Source: Methanoregula sp.
GTDB lineage: Archaea > Halobacteriota > Methanomicrobia > Methanomicrobiales > Methanospirillaceae
DNA length: 25,344 nt
NCBI GenBank assembly: GCA_039698055.1
Contig: JBDKTL010000022.1
Location: 1-25,344, forward strand
Direction: 5' to 3'
Of this stretch, positions 9,120 to 16,303 are shown piece by piece. Positions within the stretch are counted from its first letter, which is position 1, and each line of letters starts with the position of its first letter. The position numbers and the translations under genes are program-made. The notes beneath the pieces are model-generated. The model was not told the origin of the DNA. It made no database searches and worked only from the letters and a program-made list of their open reading frames with translations.

Positions 9120-10250
9120 TCAGGGAATAATTTCGCACCCGTTGAATTTTTCATGAATAAAAGAGGACATGGAGACTTTCCCTTCACAAATAAGTGCCCG
9201 GACACGCGGAAGTGCAGTGACCAGAGCATCGTGCAGGTTTTCCACAGTATTGCAGACCAACTGGCGGTGTGCCGCGCTCCATGGATGTGTGATGTTGGAG
9301 TAAAGGCATCTCCCGCCACAGAACGTGTTGATCTGGCACGAAGTGCATTCTCCCCGGATCGGGACAACCGGCAATCCTGTAGGGTCACTGTATGAGATAT
9401 GCCCCAGATAATATTGTTTCATCCCGATCATAACCGGGCAGGGAACAATGTGGCCGTCGGTTAAAATAGTATAATTCGCGTGACCTGATCCGCATCTCAA
9501 CAGGCTGGGTTTTTGTAACAGCAGGTCTTCCATGGGATCAATAAACGGGTACAGGCGCACAACCTTTCCGGTCTTCTGCATGTGGTCCACCCATTCATTC
9601 ACAAGTGTCCGGATACCGGGATTGTAGCTCCCGTTTACCCATCCGGCAAAATGACGGTGGGAAAAATCCGGTGAAAAATTTGCATCAATCTGCCAGTGAA
9701 GGGAGGTAAATGAATAATCCGGATTATCTAACAGATAATGGATTGCGTCAACAATATCGGTTTGTTCAGTTACCGTCATACGGGCAATCAGTTCTCCATG
9801 ATAGCCATTGTTCCGGATCTTCTGGATATTTTTCATTACCCGCCGGTATACACCCGCGCCCCGGTTTGCGTCGGTGAGCGATTCCTGCCCGTCAAGGGAA
9901 ACAAGAATGGTGGAAAACCGGTTGACCAGTTCAGGTTCGAGCCGGTCAAGAAGAATCCCGTTTGTCTGGATCATGAACCGGCAATCCGGGGCATTTTGCA
10001 TGATGGTTTTTATCAGATCGCTCCTCATCAGGGGCTCGCCACCGTAAAAAGTCAGGTTTAGGGCAGGGTCCTTAGCCAGAAACCGGTAGAGAAGAGCAAG
10101 ATCATAGTCTAGTTCAGGTGAAAGATCAACATCAACATCTATCGATCCACTGTCACATTGTGCCAGGTTGTCCTCCCCCTCAAATGCCTTTGCCCGGCAA
10201 TAACTACAGCAGAGGTTGCAGTCGTCGGTGAGGATGAGATGGAAGTACAT
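9120..10250 (-). CDS. Radical SAM/SPASM protein, AF0577 (TIGR04084)-like
   Basis: CNLCCSYC motif, YGGEPL, QTNG and SLDG; SPASM cysteines (CGSG...PC...CTSCQINTFCGGRC...C); C-terminus NGCEIIP. Confidence 0.9.
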   Translation of the reverse strand: MYFHLILTDDCNLCCSYCRAKAFEGEDNLAQCDSGSIDVDVDLSPELDYDLALLYRFLAKDPALNLTFYGGEPLMRSDLIKTIMQNAPDCRFMIQTNGILLDRLEPELVNRFSTILVSLDGQESLTDANRGAGVYRRVMKNIQKIRNNGYHGELIARMTVTEQTDIVDAIHYLLDNPDYSFTSLHWQIDANFSPDFSHRHFAGWVNGSYNPGIRTLVNEWVDHMQKTGKVVRLYPFIDPMEDLLLQKPSLLRCGSGHANYTILTDGHIVPCPVMIGMKQYYLGHISYSDPTGLPVVPIRGECTSCQINTFCGGRCLYSNITHPWSAAHRQLVCNTVENLHDALVTALPRVRALICEGKVSMSSFIHEKFNGCEIIP

Positions 10251-10364
10251 GCGAATCTTGTATTATTAGGTACTTGGTGCCGATAAATTTTCAGCATTTC
10301 TTTTATCACCGCTGGTATTGCCAATCTTTAAAGAGAACAATGCCTGATATGCAGTGGGGATATC

Positions 10365-11195
10365 ATGCCGGATCACGATAATCTGCCAACGTTTCGGTGG
10401 AATGCAACTGATTATAACAGGAGTTCTTCTGCCCAGCAGCAATGGGCATCCGAACTCATCAAAAAACTTGCACTGAACGGGACAGAGCGGGTACTTGATA
10501 TCGGATGCGGTGACGGAAAGATTACGGCTGAACTTTCCCAAAGACTGCACAACGGAAGCGTAGTGGGTATCGACAGCTCCCTGGAAATGATTGGGTTTGC
10601 CAAAATGCATTTCCCCCGGCAACATTATCCGAACCTTTCATTTGAGGAGATGGATGCCCGCAATCTCACGTTTGATGAAGAGTTCGATATTGTTTTTTCA
10701 AACGCCGCGCTTCACTGGGTGACGGATCACCAACCGGTTCTTGCCGGTATACAGCGTTGTTTATGCCTTGGCGGGAAGATGCTCATCCAGATGGGTGGAA
10801 AAGGAAATGCGGAACAGGCATTCCGGGCGTTTGACGCATTAGTTCGTGAGCTCCAATGGAGCCGGTATTTTGCGGACTTTACATTTCCTTATGGCTTTTT
10901 TGGCAATGAAGAATATCGATCATGGGTAGCATCAGCAGGACTCGATCCGGTCAGATCAGAGTTAATCCCCAAAATCATGGTACATCCTTCCCGCGATGAC
11001 TTTGCGGCATGGATTCGCACAACATGGCTCCCGTATCTTGAAAGGGTACCAGAAACCCGGCAACAAAACTTCATCGATGAGCTTATCGATAGATATCTTC
11101 TGATGTATCCGGCTGATACGCACGGTGGCATTCATGTTGGCATGGTCCGGCTGGAAGTTGAAGCCAGAAAGTTCCCCTGCCGTAGCAATCTATAA
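10365..11195 (+). CDS. Class I SAM-dependent methyltransferase (Tam/trans-aconitate MTase-like)
   Basis: WNATDY, VLDIGCGDG, GIDSS and FDIVFSNAALHWV motifs. Confidence 0.92.
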   Translation: MPDHDNLPTFRWNATDYNRSSSAQQQWASELIKKLALNGTERVLDIGCGDGKITAELSQRLHNGSVVGIDSSLEMIGFAKMHFPRQHYPNLSFEEMDARNLTFDEEFDIVFSNAALHWVTDHQPVLAGIQRCLCLGGKMLIQMGGKGNAEQAFRAFDALVRELQWSRYFADFTFPYGFFGNEEYRSWVASAGLDPVRSELIPKIMVHPSRDDFAAWIRTTWLPYLERVPETRQQNFIDELIDRYLLMYPADTHGGIHVGMVRLEVEARKFPCRSNL

Positions 11196-11244
11196 ACAAT
11201 CTCTGTTTTAATTCCTGTTCATGCCGGTGGGGGCCGAGAATAGA

Positions 11245-11877
11245 ATGCATAAACACAATGCACATGAAGACGCGTTTACCGGGCTGGAACTGATTGTAAC
11301 AATTATTGTCCTCGTCTTGTCAGCCTATGGTCTCATGACAATCATGTCATCAGATACGGGATCCCATGATACGAGAACGGGGATAATTCCCACCATTACC
11401 GGTGAATCCGGGTATGCGATGCGGCACGTTGGACAGGTTATGGTGTTTGCCTCGGTGGATGGCACACCTGCTAATGTTATTGTTCACTTTCCCCGTCAGG
11501 ATTCCTCCCGGATGGGTGCGGCTGAAATGACCGTTGCACTTTTTATCGGGAATATGGGTGGTATTGATTTTGACACGGTGGATGTGATATGGGGGAGTAA
11601 CGGTGTTACCGAGCAAATTCCCCGAAAGGATACACGTCCGCTGAACTGTCCCGGCTGGACAATTGCTGGCAAATATAACATGTTGCCGTTTAAGACCGCT
11701 GACAGTGATAATATCCTTGAACCCAACGAACAATTTGAAATCTTCGTGTGTCCTTCAAACACAACCGTACCATACGAGAAGTTTTCGGTTACTATCGACC
11801 ATCCCGGTCAGGTACTGCCTCCTGTTGTTATTGCCACCGCACCCCCTATGACAACAGCCGTTGTTACTTTGAGTTAG
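11245..11877 (+). CDS. Archaellin/type IV pilin-like protein
   Basis: Class III signal HEDA/FTGLE followed by a hydrophobic helix; archaellin-like C-terminal DSDNILEPNEQF. Start at 11245 preferred (11221 possible). Confidence 0.75.
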   Translation: MHKHNAHEDAFTGLELIVTIIVLVLSAYGLMTIMSSDTGSHDTRTGIIPTITGESGYAMRHVGQVMVFASVDGTPANVIVHFPRQDSSRMGAAEMTVALFIGNMGGIDFDTVDVIWGSNGVTEQIPRKDTRPLNCPGWTIAGKYNMLPFKTADSDNILEPNEQFEIFVCPSNTTVPYEKFSVTIDHPGQVLPPVVIATAPPMTTAVVTLS

Positions 11878-12119
11878 GTTATTTTTTCTGAAATGATCGG
11901 GCAGGTGCGGATCAGTACATTTCATAGATGGTAACGAAATGACGGGGTAATGCGCTGCGGCTCACGGGCTACTATAACTGGGTCTCGATGAGCAAACCCG
12001 TAATAGGCTTGAATCAGTGCGAATCTGAGCAATCCGGGCATTTTAAACCGGAATAAAATCGGCGTGATTAGTGTGGCACAATGCCAAAAAAAGCGATAGT
12101 TCTATGGTGAAATCCGGTA

Positions 12120-12150
12120 CTTCGACGTGCTTCGACGGAAACCTTTTATA
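12120..12150 (+). promoter_or_regulatory. Promoter (BRE/TATA) with upstream direct repeat
   Basis: CTTCGACG at 12120-27 and 12130-37, then GAAACC and TTTATA (12145-50). Confidence 0.5.
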
Positions 12151-12205
12151 TTATCAGGCGGCAACTCTCATTATCAAAACCCACACGGGGTTTTGAGGTG
12201 TTTAA

Positions 12206-12421
12206 ATGGGACAAAAAATTGGAAAGGAAAAAATCGTCCGTGAGAAGGGCTTCCTGTATTTCATCGGCAAGGACGGGTACGTCTGGGCCGCCCCGATGAA
12301 GCACAACAAGACCGGCAAGAAGAAGAAAGTCGGTACTGAAAAGATTGCAAAGGAAAAGGGCTTCATGTACTACATTGGCAAAGACGGATTCGTCGCAAAA
12401 GCCAAGATGAAGAACGCGTAA
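12206..12421 (+). CDS. Small lysine-rich protein with two internal repeats, function unknown
   Basis: Repeats KIGKEKIVREKGFLYFIGKDGYVWAAPMK and KVGTEKIAKEKGFMYYIGKDGFVAKAKMK; strong RBS GAGGTG; many AAG/TTC/TAC codons. Confidence 0.9.
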   Translation: MGQKIGKEKIVREKGFLYFIGKDGYVWAAPMKHNKTGKKKKVGTEKIAKEKGFMYYIGKDGFVAKAKMKNA

Positions 12422-12445
12422 ATTTCCATTCCCTTTTGTAACAAA

Positions 12446-12502
12446 GCAGTCCGTAACCGTGCCGGAGAAATCCGGCACAGCGGGACTGCGTATAGGTTTT
12501 TT
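12446..12502 (+). terminator. Two-stem hairpin with GAAA tetraloop and T run (3'UTR/terminator)
   Basis: Outer stem GCAGTCC/GGACTGC, inner stem GTGCCGGA-GAAA-TCCGGCAC, followed by T6 at 12497-12502. Confidence 0.55.
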
Positions 12503-12722
12503 CCCTGACGGTGAAGTTTCGCTCGTTCTGCTCGTTTTATCGACAACTATTTTCCAGAATTTCCTAGTTGATGAAGTGCTGTCACCTTTGGGGGCATTCT
12601 GTTTGACAGGAAACTCCCCCAGAACCCGAAATGGTATTTGTGGTGTTTTTCCAAACCTGACTGGTTTTTTCGGTAATGCAATAAAGAAGCAATCTATTGA
12701 GATCATTATCTCAAATATTTAT

Positions 12723-12745
12723 ACCCCCCCATTTCCTGTGGAAAT
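12723..12745 (-). promoter_or_regulatory. ORB-like element (Orc1/Cdc6 origin recognition box)
   Basis: The - strand reads ATTTCCACAGGAAATGGGGGGGT, i.e. TCCA-N3-GAAAY-N4-GGGT with the dyad and G-string. Confidence 0.65.
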
Positions 12746-12872
12746 ACTGCAAATCAATGGTATTTTGCGATAAAAACCTAAAATTTTCCGTTTATTATTA
12801 TATGTGGGATCTGATTTTCAATATAAATATGCAATATTTTATAATTGTGTTATGGTTAAATTTCTTCCGATC

Positions 12873-13208
12873 AAAAGAGGATACCAACCATCAGCCTCAT
12901 GGTGGGGGTTCCCACCCTCTTTTTAAAAAGAGGATCCCATCCACCCCCTCTCCCCAATTTTTTAAGGTGGGGGGTGGTACCCTTACCCCTCTGTCCAACC
13001 ATGGATAAATGATATTTTTATGTAATCTCCAACGTCTTGTTTGGCATGGGTTAATCGCTTGAACCTGGTATCCTGCATCGGTTCCTATGAATGTGTTTAG
13101 AGAATTGTTTGCGGCAGAATGCAGGAGTTGTGGTATCCTCTACTACCCCCCACATAATGGTGGGGGGTAAGCCCCTTGCGGAAAATTTTGGAGTGAGGGG
13201 GTACCCCC
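12873..13208. repeat. Cluster of palindromes, G/C-strings and an imperfect direct repeat
   Basis: 16/18 direct repeat at 12873-90 and 12926-43; 18-bp palindrome 12916-33; CCACCCCC/GGGGGTGG at 12941-77; 10-bp inverted repeat 13144-69; GGGGGTACCCCC at 13197-208. Confidence 0.7.
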
Positions 13209-13251
13209 AGGTACCGGAAGTTGACGGGCAAAAAAACCGGAATGGGCACAG

Positions 13252-13400
13252 ATGGCCAACCTAAAAGAAGAATACGAAACGAAAACCAATCCCCTCTACA
13301 GAGCATCATCTCATAACCACTGTAGAACCGATCAACAAAGTTCAATCTCGAACGTCTCACGAACGGTATCTATGCCTTTACCATGACGCTCATGATCCGT
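13252..13400 (+). pseudogene. N-terminal remnant of a TMEM175/DUF1211-family channel
   Basis: From 13338 the sequence reads KFNLERLTNGIYAFTMTLMIR, resembling the TMEM175 TM1 motif (RLE.FSDGV.AIA.TL). It is out of frame with the upstream ATG and truncated. Confidence 0.55.
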
Positions 13401-13500
13401 GGGAGTTTTTTTTATTTTGCAATTATGGCACACATATCGAAAGGAAGACAGAATATGCGAAATACTGGGAAACGGGCATGAAAAATAAGTAAAAAACTTA

Positions 13501-13574
13501 TGGGCCCGTCGTGATTCGAACACGAGATCTTCGCCGTGTGAAGGCGACGTCATAGCCAACTAGACCACGAGCCC
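13501..13574 (-). tRNA. tRNA-Val(CAC)
   Basis: GGGCTCG...CGGGCCC-A acceptor stem; anticodon arm TCGCC-TTCACAC-GGCGA; TTCGAAT T-loop; no intron and no encoded CCA. Confidence 0.96.
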
Positions 13575-13577
13575 GCA

Positions 13578-13648
13578 TGCATCGACCGGGAATTGAACCC
13601 GGGCTATAGGCTTGGAAGGCCTAAGTCATACCACTAGACCATCGATGC
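13578..13648 (-). tRNA. tRNA-Gly(TCC)
   Basis: GCATCGA/TCGATGC-A acceptor stem; anticodon arm TAGGC-CTTCCAA-GCCTA; TTCAATT T-loop. Confidence 0.96.
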
Positions 13649-13766
13649 GTTGTGCTTTACAATTTTAGTGGCGGGCGGTATTAATGATTGTCATATCCCT
13701 TCTCCAGATATGAATATGTCAGGAAGGCCGGGGCCAAAAAAAGATATTTAAAAAATAATATTGGAA

Positions 13767-14651
13767 TTAATACCCTCTGATTTCAGCCTCGATCTTCTCA
13801 AGGTTTGCAATCCGTTTTTCGAGCGGTGGGTGGGTGGAGAAGAGCTCCATGATGGTGTTGCCTGACAGCGCCGGAATGATGAAGAATGCATTTGCGCTCT
13901 CAACCTTGGCTTTTGCCTGCGGCGGCACGGCTTCCATTCTGCCGCTGATTTTGTTTAATGCCGAGATGAGCGCACGCGGGTTGCGGGTGATATATGCACT
14001 GCCCCTGTCTGCTGCAAATTCACGGAACCGTGAGAGCGCGAGAATCAGTAAGGTGCTGAGAGCGTACACGATGATCGAGATGATCCATACAATGATCCAT
14101 GAGCCGCCGTTTTCCCGGTTGTGCCCTCCAAACAACGCGGAAAAGAAAAAACTCTGCATGATCATCGATGCAATCATCGCGATGAAACTGGCCATGGTCA
14201 TGGTAAGGATGTCGCGGTTCTTGACATGAGAAAGCTCATGTGCCAGTACTGCCTCGAGTTCATCCTTGTTCAGGAGCCGCATGATCGAGTCTGTGCAGGC
14301 AACAACTGCATGCTTTGGACTACGTCCTGTCGCAAAGGCGTTTGGTACCGGGCTTGGCATAATCGCAATCTTGGGCATGGGGAGATCTACTTCACGGCAG
14401 AGTTTTTCAACTGTCCGGTGTAGTTCAGGATATTCATCCGCTTCTACAATCCGTGCCCCTGTCGACCATAACACCAGTTTATCCGAAAAGAAGTACTGGA
14501 TCAACCCCATTCCGACTGCCAATATGACGATGAACCAGAGTCCGACACCGAACGCCAGAAGTATTGTCATGAACACAAGATAGAGGATAAACAATAAGAA
14601 CATCGTCAGCCAGACTCTACTCGTAAGGCCCCAGTCACGTTTCCATTCCAT
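13767..14651 (-). CDS. htpX: Zinc metalloprotease HtpX (M48)
   Basis: PNAFATG, HELSH, SRFREFAAD and FSTHPP motifs; N-terminal TM helices. Confidence 0.97.
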   Translation of the reverse strand: MEWKRDWGLTSRVWLTMFLLFILYLVFMTILLAFGVGLWFIVILAVGMGLIQYFFSDKLVLWSTGARIVEADEYPELHRTVEKLCREVDLPMPKIAIMPSPVPNAFATGRSPKHAVVACTDSIMRLLNKDELEAVLAHELSHVKNRDILTMTMASFIAMIASMIMQSFFFSALFGGHNRENGGSWIIVWIISIIVYALSTLLILALSRFREFAADRGSAYITRNPRALISALNKISGRMEAVPPQAKAKVESANAFFIIPALSGNTIMELFSTHPPLEKRIANLEKIEAEIRGY

Positions 14652-14829
14652 AAGTGGTATATTTTGGATGTTTGTGCTCTTAAATCATTCCAAAATTACA
14701 ATTAAACCCACTAATTCTTGTATTCCTGTCATTATGCCAGTACCATCTCGGTTCAATCCGGGATGTTTAAATTTCTGGTACAAAACACCAATCAGAAACT
14801 ATTTTTTCGCGAACATCTGACGGTTACAT

Positions 14830-15480
14830 ATGACCGAAGTCGATTCCGAAGCGCTCGCGGATGTGGCATACGGTATCTTTGAGCACCTCCTGAACCGGGA
14901 TCTGCAGGCGCAGGGCAAATATCTTCACCAGCTCGTTGAAAGCGGTATTGACTTCAAAGCAGATCTTTCGGCAATTTTTGGGAAATTTTCCGAAGAATAC
15001 CCTCAGCTTGCCGAAGCGATGCTCTCCCATTTTCTCGAGGTTGACAAGGTGTACGAACTGATTTGTTCAGGTGAAGGTGTCACTCCATCGGCAACGACGC
15101 TGACCTACTGGATTGTGCAGGATGCACCGGATAGCGCTCCGGAAGCGATCGAGGATGAAAAAGCGGGAAAATGGTTGATATTCCAGGAACCGGATAATGT
15201 CGATGCAGTATGGAAGAAGATACGGGATGCCACCGTTGCACGGGAACTGGGGATATCAGCAAAAGTTTCTACTGCAAAACCGAACCCTGATTCCCGGGAC
15301 CTTCGGAAAGTCATTTATGTATACACAAAAGACTGGGCTGATGAACCGGATGTAATGCGAATCCGGGAAAATCTGCGCGAACTTGGACTGACCGATCGTA
15401 TCGGGTACAAACGCAACCTTGAGACGTTTGCCGGTGAATATGCCAAAAAAGGAAAACGTGTTACGTATTATTCGGCATAA
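14830..15480 (+). CDS. DUF1917 (BLES03/eIF4E-like fold) domain protein
   Basis: GKWLIF...W.KI..AT....LG.SAKVST...VIYVYT.D..DE.DV...IGYK pattern, plus an extra acidic N-terminal domain. Confidence 0.8.
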   Translation: MTEVDSEALADVAYGIFEHLLNRDLQAQGKYLHQLVESGIDFKADLSAIFGKFSEEYPQLAEAMLSHFLEVDKVYELICSGEGVTPSATTLTYWIVQDAPDSAPEAIEDEKAGKWLIFQEPDNVDAVWKKIRDATVARELGISAKVSTAKPNPDSRDLRKVIYVYTKDWADEPDVMRIRENLRELGLTDRIGYKRNLETFAGEYAKKGKRVTYYSA

Positions 15481-15533
15481 CCTTTTTAATAAATCCTAAA
15501 AAAAGGAAAAAAAGCGTTATTGTAAAATTTTCT

Positions 15534-15680
15534 TTAAGCCTTTCTTTCCTTGTTCTTGGGGCGTAAATTCTTGTAACCGCACTTGCGGCAGGCGGTTGCG
15601 CGGATACCATTGCGGGCATTGCAGCGCATACATATTTTCACGTTGAGTAACCGGGATTCGGCTTCTGGGAATTTTGCCAT
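15534..15680 (-). CDS. rpl40e: 50S ribosomal protein L40e
   Basis: Not in the ORF track (48 aa). Hand translation: [48 protein letters not shown]; RBS GGAGTG. Confidence 0.96.
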   Translation of the reverse strand: MAKFPEAESRLLNVKICMRCNARNGIRATACRKCGYKNLRPKNKERKA

Positions 15681-15754
15681 TAATTTTCACTCCTGTCTGC
15701 CCTTATAACAAAGCTGTTTTCACTCTTAACTGTTTTGCGTCTCTTTATAATGTA

Positions 15755-16303
15755 TCACAAATGGTTCTTCACAAACCAGTCCCGGAATGCCGTAAGTGCA
15801 AGCGCCCGGTGGGATATTTTACTTTTTTTATCAAGCGGGATCTCAGCCAGTGTCTTTCCATCCACTTCAAAAATAGGATCAAAACCAAACCCCCCGGTTC
15901 CCCGGGGTGTTGTTGTAATCCTGCCTTCAATTGTGCTAGGGAACACCATAATCTCTTGCGCATCCGCATAGGCAATTGCAGTGGTAAACCTGGCGTTCCG
16001 GTCGGGAATGGTATCCATCAGTTTCAGGATGCCGGCATTGCCGATCGTAGCGAGCACATATGCGGCGTATGGCCCGGGAAATCCGTTGAGTGCATCGATC
16101 ATAAAACCGGTGTCATCGACAATGACCGGCGTTTTGAGATGGGTAAATGCATACTTGGCTTTTTCCCGCGCGATTGTCCCTACATTATCAGACCGGAGTT
16201 CCGGAATATCGAGCGGGACATGGGTGATATCAATTGCCCCTCCGAAAAAAGCGGCAACTTCCACGGCTTTATGGGCATTACCGGATACAAATGAAATTCT
16301 CAC
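15755..16303 (-). CDS. rdgB: RdgB/HAM1 non-canonical purine NTP pyrophosphatase
   Basis: SGNAHK, DDTG, LNGFPGPY, GFGFDPIF and SHR motifs. Confidence 0.95.
   Translation of the reverse strand: MRISFVSGNAHKAVEVAAFFGGAIDITHVPLDIPELRSDNVGTIAREKAKYAFTHLKTPVIVDDTGFMIDALNGFPGPYAAYVLATIGNAGILKLMDTIPDRNARFTTAIAYADAQEIMVFPSTIEGRITTTPRGTGGFGFDPIFEVDGKTLAEIPLDKKSKISHRALALTAFRDWFVKNHL

Noticed and set aside
12420-13250. CRISPR array
   Set aside because: No regularly spaced repeats of 24-40 bp and no cas genes.
12146-13360. ORFs 12146-12706, 12459-12773, 12697-13008 and 13097-13360
   Set aside because: They are antisense shadows or translations of low-complexity non-coding DNA, with no RBS or motifs.
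13332-13559. 75-aa ORF
   Set aside because: It overlaps tRNA-Val.
13400-13574. Integrated element with att duplication at tRNA-Val
   Set aside because: I saw no second copy of the tRNA 3' end and no integrase in the window.
15674-16294. 206-aa + strand ORF
   Set aside because: It is antisense to rdgB.
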